Positions 38,374-51,642 of a stretch of DNA of 64,000 nucleotides are shown here, one piece after another. The stretch is from Raja brachyura (taxonomy: Eukaryota). Where the stretch lies: contig OY740811.1 in NCBI GenBank assembly GCA_963514005.1, positions 12,152,001-12,216,000 of the forward strand. Reading direction: 5' to 3'. The translations under genes were made by a program, and so were the position numbers. Numbering within the stretch: the stretch's first letter is position 1; each line of letters begins with the position of its first letter. The notes below the pieces were generated by a model that made no database searches, was not told where the DNA came from, and saw only the letters and a program-made list of their open reading frames with translations.

Positions 38374-41300
38374 TGTGCTAAGAGCAGGAAAATGGGACTA
38401 ATTGAATACCTTTATCGAAGGAAAGGTTTGACCAGGAACCCTACTGATGCCAAAGTGGGCGTTTGCATGGGTATGCTTCTGTGAACCCCGTAACCATTTC
38501 TCCGAAGTATCATCCGCAAATTAATCTTTATAGTGACTATTGGAGGTTAATCAGAAGTGATGATGATTCACCCTTAATCATTGTCCAGAAATGTGCATTT
38601 TCAGCAAGTGAGGCTGGAGAGTAACAAAGTCCTGGTTAAAATACCCAGCTAAAATCCACAAACTTGGCAAAAATTTGGTTTTCAGCCTGGGTCCTTTCTT
38701 ATCAGTATGATATACCGACCGGATATAATTCTATATTAACAAAGCAACGGATAACCAAGTTTTTAATCAGTTATTTTTAGCAGCAGTGATTAATAAAAGG
38801 TTCATTTTGTATGCTTGGAACAATGCAGGATTTTCAAACTTTATTTTTTCTTTATTGACAGTTTTGTAATTACAGCCATATGTTCTTTTATTCATATTAG
38901 CTAACTGTTACTTAAATATTTAAAGATGAAACTGGCAGAGGTTTTTGTAGGATGTCTGCTTTTGAGTTCTAGTACGTAAATGCTCGCCATAATATCTTTG
39001 TTGCACTGGCAATTGGTACAGCTTTACCTTGCAGCAGCTGTCAGTCGTTACCGTTACAATATAGTCTAACATCTAAATTAGTAATAGACTGGCGTCATGT
39101 AAAGAGTGGTAGAAATGTTTAATAAGTATATGGCTCTTATTAAATTCATTTAGAAGTAAATTCTAGCTCAGATACTCTGGGAAAGGTATCTATTCAGACG
39201 TTTCTAATATTTTTGTTTTGCTTTGCAATTATTTTAAATGGGCACTGAGGAAATGATTTCAGAAAGTGGAAAAAAAATCTAATACTGTAAAAATGTAATT
39301 AGTCATGGAATTAATTAAAAAAAATTAAGCTATTTACATGTAGATGCACTCATTTTCAAGTTATTACTGTTTTCTTCAATTCATTGGTGATCTCCGTTGC
39401 TAAATGCAACTGCGTCTTATGTAATGAATGGTTGTGTGGCTGTTGATTATGTTGGGGTTGGCACCATAGAGGGTAGCAGGTGCACTTACATTCAATGGTC
39501 AAAGTGACTTTTGCTGCAAGATAATGCTCAGTGATATTCTTACTGTAAATTGTCAGAATGTTAAATCATGCACACTTGTGTCCATTTTGAAGTTGTCCCA
39601 AATTCCCAAAATTGAGATCCCCCCCCCCCCTGTATTTGGTACGCAAAATGAGCTAAATTTAAACATCATATTTTTCTCTTTTTGTTGCACATATGACTGA
39701 ATATGATAATATCTAGACAAGGATATTTATAATATTAAAAAAAGGGGTAAAATTGGACTGGTTAGTAATTATAAGGATTGCTTCATGAATCATGTTTCAT
39801 TTCCTCTTTTTAACTGCAGGAACTCTTTCTTGTGGTGTTTGTAGAGGTGTAAGATATTTCAGGAATCTTACCTCTGCGTATTAGGGGGTTTACCTTAACT
39901 GTAGTAGAATTTGGCACATCATCTGGTCCAAATGGTGAATCATTTTGGTTTCAGAGCTATTATTCTGTTGTTTAGTGATCAAAATACATAAGCTGTTGTG
40001 GCTACATCACAGTTGTTCAGCCTTGTCCCATGTAATTATGTATTAGAGCCCTGGTGATAAATTTTAATGTGTCAAACTGTCATTTCTTAAATATATTTTA
40101 TTTTGTATTTACTAATGAGGCCGTTTCTATCTTGGCACTGTACGTCCCTCCCCAGACGTTCCTGTTTTAACACCTCAACCTTTTACATGGGGGAAAACTC
40201 AGGTGTGCAAAACCTAATTTAATTTACTACCTTTTCACCTCAATTCCTTACTGATATTGCTCAAGATTGATTGGGTAACTTTTAACAATTCGCAGTAGCT
40301 ATCATTTAAGAAATTAATAGTGGCCAATATAGTTAAACCGTTTCTAATCAGATGAAAGAGTTGCTAGATAATGCTCATTAGTGTGATCTTCTTGGCTTAT
40401 TCTTCCTTCCTAACATTCGTCACCTTCATCTCCCTCACCCCAATAATGTTTGGGTCTGCATGGCCGCTATTCAATGGATAAATTTGATCGCCCATCGGAG
40501 AGATGGCCCTAAATTTAGTTGTACGTTCTGATTGATAATAGTATTTGGCTAACATTTTTAACTAGGTTAATTTTCTTTTGATTAGCTGATGGTAGCATCA
40601 ACTATCTTATTTTCAAAATACGATGTGCCATCGTATATCAACAAAAGGACACATAGCATAACTTAAATTTGTAACACCATCCTTTTGTCTTTGTAAGCTT
40701 GTTTTAATTTGCTTGGTTTATTCTGTTTAATTTATTGCGTGAATTGTGTTTTTAAGAAATGGCAACATATTTGATGGAAATTTTAGCTTTGGCCTGTTTT
40801 CAGGTGAATATTTTGAGGAATACAGGCAATTTGTTTTTGTGGTCACATTGTTAGTTCTGGATTACATCTTTTTTTAACCTTAGAAAGGTGCTTTATGTTC
40901 TTCTAAATCAAAGGCTTCCCCCATGGGTAGTGATTGGCAATTCAGAATCTGTTTACTGTAGAATGCATTTTGTATTTTCTTTCAAGTCACTTCAATAAAA
41001 GAGTGTATGTCTGAATTTTAAATTGCAGTTTTGGTTCTTAATGGGATCTATTAAATGAGATTTGTGGTTTTGGGTCAATGAATGTTCAATGAGCTGACAT
41101 TTTGGTATGCTCTTTTCTGATCGGCCACGGTTTATGAAATGCTTTATATTTGGGAAGAGAAGAAGAGGTGGTTAGTGGGGATGTTTTAAGTAAAAATAAT
41201 TTCCGCGATGATACCAACAGTTAATGTTGAATAGTCAGGATAATTTCCATTATAGATGTTTCGATTAGTTCATTGTTGCTAATTAGTGAACAAGTTGCAT

Positions 41301-42106
41301 CTGAAACATGTTCTTTTGATGGGATTAGTAATTGAATGAATAGAAATCCTGAAATTTCAAGCTTTATTGAACTTTTTAATGGAATTCATTAAAAATGAGA
41401 TGAAAAGCTACTCTGCCATTTCTGTACTTTACATACAGTAATATAGCTGCATAATTTATAACTAGATTATAGACCTCTTTGAAATGTGCGTAGTCTGGTG
41501 CTCTTGCTCATGAAGTGTCCTTTACTCCATTAAGATTAAAAAAGCAGATTTTCCCATTAAGAGAAATTTGTGATCTTTTCCAGTGTTTTAATGGACTGAC
41601 AAGCCTGCCTGCCTACTGTAATGTTGCAGTCTTGTTTATAAAATTGTTGCCACAACTATACTTAACCCAGTGTGCGATGATGTCCAGCTGATGAGAATTG
41701 GCCCACGTTTGTTCCAAGCAATAAATGATCAAAGTAGTTGCACTGTGCCGTGAGGTATGTGAACGTAAACCTCTTGCAAAATAACAACCTTTATCCTTTT
41801 ATTTTGTCCTTCCCAGGAATTTGCATAGTTGTTGCATGAATACATGGTAGCACTTCCTGTCTTGCTTTCACTTCATTGTTCCGCTGATACTGCTGCACTG
41901 GTTTTTGTGTGAGGCACTAAATCAAATGGCTGTGTGTACTCTTGTGTGACTCTTGTGTGACGCTAAAGATCTCAAGGTGGTAGGGTTTTAGGGTAATTCT
42001 TCCATCTTGTCTGGCCAATATTTATCTTTCATCCAGCATCACTAAAACAGATTTTTCTGGTTATAAGCGTGTTGCTGGATGAAGGGACATTGATGTGAGA
42101 TGTTTT

Positions 42107-42322
42107 GTAGAAACAAAGAGCTGCAGACGCTGGTTAATATACAAAAGAACACAAACTGTAGGAGTAACTCAGCAAGTCAGGCAGCATTTCTGGAGAACAT
42201 GGGTAGGTGATGTTTCTGGCCGAGACCCTTCTTCGGTCTGAAGAAGGGACTCGACCCAAAACCTCCCCTGTCCATGTTCTCCAGTGATACTGCCTGAAAT
42301 GCTGAGTGCGTCCAGCACTTTG
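42107..42322. mobile_element. Fold-back Penelope-like terminal pair
   Basis: ggagaacatggg...gagacccttcttcgg | tctgaagaagggactcgaccc...ccatgttctcc arms. Followed by a tandem duplication of ttgttggagtaactcagcatt. Confidence 0.8.
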
Positions 42323-42401
42323 TTGGAGTAACTCAGCATTTGAAATGTTTGTTGGAGTAACTCAGCATTGAAGATGTTTTATTGGGGCACCAATGGGGTA
42401 A

Positions 42402-42732
42402 AGGGCCTGTCCCACTGACGCGACCTCTCAGCGACTGTCTTTGAACTTCAAGCACTCGCCTGAAAAACCTCCATAGGCCCTCGACTGCCTATAACTACAT
42501 AGCAACCCCACTCCACTGCACTAAGAGTTCAAAAGAACCATGCCGACCAATTTTTACTCGCGGAAAGTTTTTCAATATGCTGAAAGATTTTCCTTGACCA
42601 CGAGTATGTGAGAACTTCCCTCGAGCATGAAGGAGATTCCACTGACCTCCTAGGACCACAATGCTGCGAGTATGAGTCGAGGGCAAACTCTTCTAAACTC
42701 GGAGATTAGGTCGCCGCAGTGGGTCAGCCCCT
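42402..42732. mobile_element. PIF/Harbinger-like MITE
   Basis: TIR agggcctgtcccactg / cagtgggtcagcccct and a perfect TAA TSD (42399-42401 / 42733-42735). Internal similarity to 22741-23239. Confidence 0.85.
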
Positions 42733-42929
42733 TAAGGGGTTAGTTTCCATAACTTATCGGATCTATGAACTGCTGCATAGATTGCTGAAAAAGGCAGCAA
42801 TTTGAATAAAGCTCTATCTCTGGACAGCTTGTGTGTCTTGACAATTAAATAATACCATTGATCTATGTCGGTGTTCGGTTATTGCTTAGCTGTTTTCTCA
42901 ATGGGAGAAAATAGAACATTAAAAAAGTA

Positions 42930-43095
42930 CAGACACAAAGTGCTGGAGTAACTCAGCGGGTCAGGCATTAGGGTTAGGCATTTTCTCCAGAGATGCTGCC
43001 TGACCCGCTGAGTTACTCCAGCATTTTGTGTCTACCTTACTCCAGCATTTTGTGTAATCTTTGGTATAAACTAGCATCTGCAGTTCCTGCCCACA
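42930..43095. mobile_element. Fold-back Penelope-like fragment inserted in a CR1 tail (CR1 continues antisense to ~43360)
   Basis: agacacaaagtgctggagtaactcagcgggtcaggca / tgcctgacccgctgagttactccagcattttgtgtct is a near-perfect inverted pair. Confidence 0.85.
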
Positions 43096-44389
43096 TAAAA
43101 ATTACAGCACAGGAACAAGCCCCTTATCCCACAATGTCCATGTCAAACCTGATGTAAAGACAAACCCATCTCATCTGCCTGCACCTGATCCATATTCCTC
43201 CATTTGATGCATCACAATGTGCATATCAATAAATCTCTTGAACACCACAATCGTATCTGCCTCCACCACCGCCCTAGGCAATGGGTTCCAGGCGCTGATC
43301 ACCCTCTGTGATCGGTGCCAAACACTGCTTTTAAACTGACCCCCTCACATTAAAGCTATAAAGGGTTAGGATAATAGCAATTGATAACTGGAAAACAAAG
43401 AAAATGTAATTATATTAAGTAGTTCTGACAAGGACAATACATTACAAAGTAGTGAGAAGGGTTTTTAAAATGTCATTATCAGTGATCACTGTGTTTAAGG
43501 AAAGTATAAAGCTGTGGACTGATTTGAATATATTTCCATTATCATCCTACTTGCAGTTATCTTGAGTATTCAGAATTGTGCCGCATACTTTAATTTCCCA
43601 CCAAATCATTTAATTCTGCACGTGGCTCCAATCAGCTGGGTTGCCCATTTGATATCAATGCAAATAATTTGTTTGAGATAATTGTCTCAATCTGCTGCCT
43701 TTTAGATTCCATCGCATCCCTGCTTCTTGCAAAAGCATGTTGAATAGTTTTTGTGCTCTGTATGGTGAGGAAGTAAGCTTTCAACTCCATCTCAGTTCAC
43801 TTCATATCCACAACATTGCTTGTAATCCATGCTCTGTTACTTTATGACATGCTTTACATGCATCCTGTGTTCTTCTTGTCCAACACCAGATCCTACTTGC
43901 CTATCATTCTTGTCTTCCCTAATCTATTTTCCCTGCCTCAAGCACAGAGAATTCAAAATCCCCAAGCTCATCATTTAAGCGCTTTCACAGCCTTGACGCT
44001 AGTTGCATCTCCATCCCTGAACATATTCTAAATTTGCCTCCAGTGTGTATTCTTTTTCTTTCGAGTTGAACCAACACAGTGCATAGTGGGGGTGGGGCAA
44101 GGGGTAGCCAGTGGTGCGGGTAAAAGCAAAATGCAGTAAAACCTTCTGATAAATTGACCCCCTTGGGACTTCTGCGATAGTAGTCTGACAGATTTTCTGG
44201 AAGATTGGATGTTACTCTTATTTGTACCCAAATACCTTTCTACATGTTATGACTGTAACTTAATATATTTTCTGCTGCACTTAAACAGTATGAGAAATAC
44301 ACAGGCCAACTATACCCTGGTTAGACTTAAACCAACCCATGTTCCAGATGGAACTCTGTGGGTCATGCAACATCTGTGATGTGAACTGG

Positions 44390-45050
44390 ATAGACGACAT
44401 TTCAACCTGAAATGTCGTCTGTCTACTTCACTCCCCAAATGCTGTTTATCTCGCTAAAATTCTCTAGTAGTATGGTTTTTTTGCTCAGGAGTCAAACATC
44501 TGCACCCTTTTGTATCTCCACATTCCTGATTCCTGGAGTTCCGGACTGGGGAGGAAAACGCCAGAACAAGTTTTTTTTTTTTCTTTCCCAAGATGTTGCC
44601 TGCCCTGCTGAGTTGCTCCAGCACTTTGTATAAACTCAGTATAAACCAGCATCTGCAGTTCCTTCCTGCACAGAATAAACTGGAATGCACTCAGTCGGTC
44701 AGGTAGCATCTTTGGAGAAAACATTGTTAATATTTGCAGTTCATAATTTTCATCTGAACTCTTTTCATATAAATTATGGGAACTAGTCGATGCATGAGGG
44801 AAAGAAAGAACAAACAGAGGACTCTGGCACACTGGAAAACAAGCGAGATGGGATGATATGCATGACAACAGGGAGGTTAATGCATCTGGAAAACAAAGAA
44901 AAGATAGATAAATAGGAATGACGGAATCATTATCTGTAGACTTGTTAAAATGATGAATTAAATGTTAAGTCTGGAGGGCTCAAGTTCCCTCTCAAAAGAT
45001 GCAGTGTTGTTCCTTGAGCTTGTGTGGTTCTTCATTGCAACACGACAGGA
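44390..45050. mobile_element. Cluster of degraded Penelope-like fragments
   Basis: tagacgacatttcaacctgaaatgtcgtctg palindrome, gatgttgcctgccctgctgagttgctccagcac, and an antisense endonuclease-tail remnant near 44960-45050. Confidence 0.55.
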
Positions 45051-45859
45051 ACGAGGGTATGTGGCACATGTAATAGGTGTTGGTGCTATAAGAATTGTAT
45101 GAAACTGCTCTTTGGTTTCGTGTTGAATTTACCGGAGATTTTGTCTGTCTCTGGGGTGAAAGTCACGGCAAGTAAATGATGCCCCTTGCTGTGAGTTTTT
45201 ATTTGATTAAATCTATTTTTAAAATTTTCAGTAATTCAGAGATACTGAAAGATTGAATGAATGGTACTGCTTGATATAATTACATTTTTGTCCAATACCA
45301 GGAATGGAACACTGAATGCTATGCATAAATTATTTTGTGTTATTTATATATAATTTATTTATAATTCTTCTGTGTCCAAGTGCCCGTGATGCTGCTGCAA
45401 GTAAGATTTTCATTGTACCTGAACTTTATTGTACTTGTGGACATGACAATAGTCCGAATAGTTGTCCAGTGTAAGAAGGGTCCCGACCCAAACCGTTGCC
45501 CTCCCTTTTACTTTGTGTGGATCTTCGGAGTATACCAGCATCTGCAATTCTTTTCTACACAAGATGACAACTTGTCTAAGCTTCACTTGATGAACTCTCA
45601 TTCAAACAGCAGTTCATTCGATTGATTATGTCATTCGATTGAAGTCATAAATGGCGTAAAATAAAAAACTTGCCTGTACTTTTAGAGTTCCAGAGATGTG
45701 ATTTATCAAAAAATAATGAAATGAGTATTTACATTGTACATTGGTTTTGAAGATAAACCAGAACAGAAAGAAAACGTGAAAACAGAAATTAGTGGAAAAC
45801 TTATAGTTACAAAACATTTATCATCAGTGGTCATTCACAACCTTGGATAGTTTGCTGGA

Positions 45860-46505
45860 TATCTCATCCTGATGTGCTGATTGCAGATAATGTGCAGCAG
45901 TTCACAGTCGGGTGAACTGTGAGGTTCCGAAAGAACTAACAGTTCATCTCTGGAAAGCCACCCATCTCATTTTCCATAAGGTAATGGAAAGACAGAGAAC
46001 GCTGTGAAAGCTGCCAAGTAACTTTTCAGCCATTTGAACTTGTTAGCCTTTCACAAATCCTCATAACTGATGAACAGCTCTGTGCAGAGTTTTGGGAGCA
46101 TATGGACTTCAACATAACTCCCCATTACGGAAAGACTGCTGGCACCCAAAGCATGAAAAAATTAGGACAGTTGTAAATAGCCACAAGAGGACAATTTCAT
46201 AATTCAAGAGAGATTATAACGATTTGTTACTGGGAAGAATTGGACACAGCAAGGACGAATCTGACAGACATCAGATGCGGCAGAAGGCAGTTGGGACTTG
46301 ATATGAGCCATACCACGGAAATTAGGTCAGGATAGACTAAGGTGTTCCATTTTGGAGTAATCAGGGAGCATCTGAACAGTTTGTTGACCAGATGTGGAGA
46401 CATCAAAGAATGTACCACTGAAGCTGAAAATGAGAATGCCACAGGTTGACAACAGACCCTGATAAAACTGCACCCAATTAGGTCTACACCTTGTAGGACA
46501 GTACA
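45860..46505 (+). pseudogene. Gypsy/Ty3 LTR-retrotransposon integrase remnant
   Basis: PDVLIADNVQQFT (45868; cf. PD.L.SDNGPQF) and PSHFP*GNGKTENAVKAAK (cf. SP.YPQSNG.AE.AVK), followed by LPITERLLAPK. Many stops and frameshifts. Confidence 0.75.
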
Positions 46506-46533
46506 TTGATAAATTATTGGAAGAATTTTGGCT

Positions 46534-47293
46534 AACATCTCCATGTTTGCAGATGACACAAAGCTGGGAGGCATTGTGAGCTGCGAGAAGGATGCTGTGA
46601 GGTTGCAAGGTGACTTGAATAGGTTGGGTGAGTGGGCAGATGCATGGCAGATGCAGTATAATGTGGATAAATGTGAGGTTATCCACTTTGGTGGCAAGAA
46701 CAGGAAGGCAGATTATTATCTGAATGGTATCAGATTAGGAAAAGGGGAGGTGCAACGAGACCTGGGTGTGCTTGTACATCAGTCACTGAAAGTAAGCATG
46801 CAGGTACGGCAGGCAGGTACAGCAGGCAGCGTAGGTTCACCAGGTTAATTCCCAGGATGGTGGGACTGACATATTATGAAATAATGGGTCGACTGGGTTG
46901 TATTCACTGCAATTAAGAAGGATGAGAGGGGATCTTAAAGAAACATAAAATTCTTAAAGGCTTGGACAGGCTAGATTCAGGAGAATTGTTCCCGATGTTG
47001 GGGGAGTCCAGAATCAGGGGTCACAGTTTAAGAATAAGGGGTAGGCCATTTAGGACTGAGATAAGGAAAAACTGTTTCACCCAGAGAGGTGTGAATCCGT
47101 GGAATTTTCTGCCACAGAAGGCAGTAGAGGCCAATTCACTGGATGTTTTCAAGAGATTTAGTCTTGGGGCTAAAGGAATCAAGGGATATGGGGAAAAAGC
47201 ATTAGATGTTAGATGATCAGCCATTATCATATTGAATGGTGGTGCTGGCTCGAAGGGCCGAATGGCCGATTCCTGCACCTATTTTCTACGTTT
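46534..47293 (+). mobile_element. 5'-truncated CR1 LINE (RT C-terminus + 3' UTR)
   Basis: NISMFADDTKLGGIV...LQGDLNRLGEWADAWQMQYNVDKCEVIHFG and RGHSLRIRGRPFRTE..KN.FTQR.VN.WN.LP, ending tcctgcacctattttctacgttt. Confidence 0.95.
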
Positions 47294-49634
47294 TGACCAT
47301 TCTGCTGAGTTTTGTTGATTTTCTATATTTGCAACGTGGCCAGAATGAGGGTATGTGATATATTGAATATTGATTGATTTCACTTTATGAAAAAGCAATG
47401 TGACCCACTCCTTTCAATGTTATTGCAGTATTGTGGAGTTTACCAGTGTCCCTTTTGAACTGTGGGCACACTAACTAATTGCAGGAAATCCACTGTAAGA
47501 ACCATACTGTAAGTTTTTCTATTTAATAAAATATCTCTCTCGTTAATTTGAATTGCAATCTATTTTTCCATATCTGACAGATACTGAGACGGTCCAGTAT
47601 AACAATATTGCATTTTCTTATGAAATTTTAAATATCTGAATTATTAACTATTATTTTATCTAAGGTGAGTATTTTCATTTTCTCTCTCCAAAATGTTCAA
47701 CCCTTACTACTTCTACTTCACTCACAGCCTCCTTATATGTTTTCAACTACAGTTTCTCATCTTTGCTACATCACTTGGTATAGCTGTGTATCTTTCCGAA
47801 GAGGATCACCTTGAATAAAGTCATAAAAATGTTATGTGACTGCAAGGATTTACAGATTTGCTGAGAGCTTTCATATCAGAAATGAAAGCTATTTTTAAAG
47901 TTTATGCACAGAACTATAACTGATGATAGAAAGTACCATTTTGCTAAACACAGGAACAGTGAGTAATCGTCTTCCAAGAAGCTTCTGTCAGGTTTTCCTT
48001 GAAAACGTAAAGCCCCTCCTCTCCTCAAAACAGTTTTAATGAGTAAGTTGTAAGAAGCTCAAGAAGCAACTCCATATTGTCTTCCCATTATGTGCTTCAG
48101 AAGTCATTAAAATTCAGTTAATGTTGAAAATAATAAATTATTCTTGAGCATGAGATCGCACATGCATGGGCCAAATGGCCTACTCATCTGATCTGATTGT
48201 TGATTTCCACTCCACTTCCCTGCCTGATTTCCCACCTTTCTTTCTTCCTCAACGTTGGAGTCATCCAAATTTGACCAGAACAGCGCTCAAATCAATAATA
48301 CTTTGATGTCTCCCTCATTCTAATTTTCTCATTATTCTGAGCTGAAATCTATTCAGTCTGTTACTTTCTTTGAATAACTTGTTAATTCAATAGACAGTCC
48401 AAATATCATAACGTGTTGATTTGGGGTATTTATTATTTGTTCTGCTTTTCTCAATGGGTAGTGAGTATCTAAAAGCTCCTCATAGTCTAATTATAACACT
48501 TTTTCCAGTTCCAAGACACACTCAGCATTTCTCTCAGTTCTCCTTGCAAAAGGAATGGGAAGAAGCATTTTTGCTGTGACAACCCCTAGGGTGGAACAAA
48601 ATGTATTTTCTGTCAGTAAATTATACTTCTAATCTGGAAGCTCTTCATACAGTTTGGTGTGTGTTATCATCTTCCATCCAATCCGAGTTGAGATTGAATG
48701 ATTTATAAAATGATTAAATATTAATTGTGTTTGCTTGTAGTTTATTTCACAAATTCGCAAGTCCAATTATGATTACTTTTTTCACCTTGAGGTTGTCCCA
48801 CAGTGTTCGGGTGCCCACAGTTCAAAGTCATTTGATACTCTTGATTGTGTATTGCCCTTGCGGCATGCTATCAGGTCAGCTACTCTGTGTAACGTACACA
48901 GTCTATGTTTACTGTTGAAGTTCTTTCTTTTTCTGCTGGAACAGTCCAGCTTCCATCATTCAGGTTTGTTCTGCTTTGTTATTGTTTTTCGGATATATAG
49001 GCAAGTTGTAGATTTTGCAGTTTAAGCCTTCTAGTTGAGGATATTTTAAATTAAGTGATTAATTTTGTAGATAAGTTACACTTATTATAAAGAATTATAC
49101 ACATTAATTGAGCAATTATTTTACATTGAGTCAGATAACCGTACCGCTCTTGCGATTTATAAATTGGAAAAAAATCCCGCTTTTTACTGGGTCTGATTTC
49201 AAGATTCTCAAAATTAGTACTTGTTAATGGAGACATTACTGTGTCTATTTTGGCATGTAATGTTGAGACTCTATAAGAAACTGGTAAGGCCGCATTTGGA
49301 ATATTGTGAGTACTTTTGGGCACCATATCTGAGGAAGGATGTGCTGACTCTGGAGAGGGTCCAGAGGAGGTTTACAAGAATGATCCAAGGAATTAGTAGG
49401 TTAACCTAAGGTGAGTGTTTGTCAGCACTAAGCATATACTCACTGGAGTTAGAAGAATGAGGAGGGGGACCTCATTGAAACATACGGAATAGTGAAAGGC
49501 TTGGATAGAGTGGATGTGTAGAGGATGTTTCCATTAGTGGAAGAATCTAGGACTAGAGGTCATAGCCTCAGAATTAAAGGACGTTCTTTTAGGAAAGAGA
49601 TGAGGAGAAATTTCTTTAGTCAGGGGATGATGAA

Positions 49635-51550
49635 CAGGGCACGAAATTAGCGGTTGCCCGGGTGCCAATGACCACCCAAAGTGCCGCCGGGCAACCTAAA
49701 CACCGACTCATTTTGTCCGGCATGGCACGCAAGTACTGGTTAATACTGGTTTATACTGATAGACACAAAAAACTCTAGTAACTCCGGGTCAGGCAGCATC
49801 TCTGGAGAATAGGAACGTGACATCTCGTGTCGGCGGCGGCCGTATTCCTCTAGAATCTTTGATTGCGGGGCAAAGATACTAGGTGCGTGGTGATGAAGGG
49901 TTGGAGCGAATGACGGGCCTCATACAGCGGCAGCAGCTCCACCGCCTCCTCCCGCGCCGGCCTCGGCGTGCGAGAGGAGTTGATTTGAAAGCGCTGTTGG
50001 TGGATTTGCAGGCAACGGCCGCTATCGCCCTGATAACGGCTGTTGCTTACAATCCGTTAACGGCGTTTTCAAAACAACCCCTCTCGCACGCCGAGGGAGG
50101 GAGGGGGAGGTCTCCTTCCGCCGTCTGAAGCAGCTGCACTGCTCGGCCCCGCACCCTACCTGTCGGCTGGCGGAGGAGGGGAGGCGGTGGCGAGGAGATC
50201 CCAACCGCCTCCCCCTTTCGCGGTGGCACTTTGGCGTTGGACAGGGACGGCCAAGGCAGCGGGGCGATGTTGTCCGAGGAGCGCTGACCTTCCTTCCTCC
50301 CCACCTCCTCTGCCCCTTTCCCATCCTCTCTCGCCCTCTCTCTCGCCCGCTCTCGCGCCCGCTCTCGCTCTCTCCCCCTTCAGTCCTCACTTACATTCCC
50401 TGTGCTACCCTACCCACCTCGCATTGATTCCCCTGCCCCTCTCCTGAAGAAGGGTCTCAACCCGCAACGTTGCCTATTTCCTTAGCTCCATAGATGGTGC
50501 CTCACCCGCTGAATTTTTCCAGCATTTTTGTCCACCTCCATTCATCCTGTACTGATCCCCGCCATTCATCCCGCACTTATACCCCCATTCAACACCACTG
50601 ACATCCCCCGTGCTCTCCCCTCACAATTTTACATACTCCAACCAACACGTACTAATTCACCTGCCTCAATCCATCCATTCCGCACCGATTGACTTCTCAA
50701 CCCCCACTCCCACCCCCCCCCCCGCCATCTATCCACCCCGCACTGATTCACACACCCCCCCCCCCCCCCCCCCCCGACCCTATTGTGCTTCATGGTCTTC
50801 AGAGCGAACGTTGACTATGGTTGATAACTGAATACAATCAAATGTGTTTTGATTCCCAATGTTATTATTTGTTTTGACACCTTTAAACATATGTAGTGTG
50901 CATGGTTAATCATATATGTTACCATGGTCCAGGATTTATTGACACAGGTTGATCATATGCTGAATAATCCAACCACATTTTTGTTTGCAAGTGGAAAGGA
51001 CTAATATAAATTGCATTAATTGCAATGTGTAAAAAGAGTTGAGATATTGTATTATAATTTTGCTGCATGTCATTGTGGTATATATCATGTTTTGATTGGT
51101 GAATATGTTTAGTTTGTGAGTTATTTGAAGCAGAAATAATATTTGAATGTAGACAAAAGGGCTGGAGAAACTCAGCGGATGCGGCAGCATCTATGGAGCG
51201 AAGGAAATAGGCAACGTTTTGGGCTGAAACCCTTCTTTAGACTGATGGGTTTCGGCCTGAAACGTTGCCTATTTCCTTCGCTCCATAGATGCTGCTGGAC
51301 CCACTGAGTTTCTCCAGCACCTTTGTCTACCTTCGATTTTCCAGCATCTGCAGTTCCTTCTTGAGCATAATATGTGAATGCTTCATTGAACATAATTCTA
51401 ACTGGTAACTACGCACTTCGTCCGAGCACATTATCGCATGCGTCATGCAAACCGTCTTAAATGACCACCTAAACTGTCATTTGGCAACCTAAAAAGCTGT
51501 CAAGGTTGCCCGGCTGGCAACTGGGGAAAAAAAGTTAAGCGAGAGCCCTG
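49635..51550 (+). mobile_element. Composite non-autonomous hAT-like DNA transposon, copy 1 (5-bp TSD, hAT5-like)
   Basis: Termini cagggcacgaaatta / ttaagcgagagccctg. TSD atgaa/atgga, defined by the interrupted CR1. Subterminal ggcaac/gttgcc motifs. Colinear with 55257-58466. Confidence 0.85.
51150..51366. mobile_element. Fold-back Penelope-like insertion inside hAT-like copy 1
   Basis: ~85-bp inverted arms and a 14-bp TSD ataatat(t/g)tgaatg (51136-51149 / 51367-51380). The empty site is present at 58284-58297 in copy 2. Confidence 0.92.
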
Positions 51551-51642
51551 ATGGATCTGTGGAATTATTTGCCGCAGAGGGCTATGGAGGCCAAGTCAGT
51601 GGATATTTTTAAGGCAGAGATAGATAGATTCTTGATTAGTAT

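Noticed and set aside
41670-41760. Possible exon ending in gag|gtatgt
   Set aside because: All three frames contain a stop before the donor, the acceptor is weak and there is no recognisable protein.
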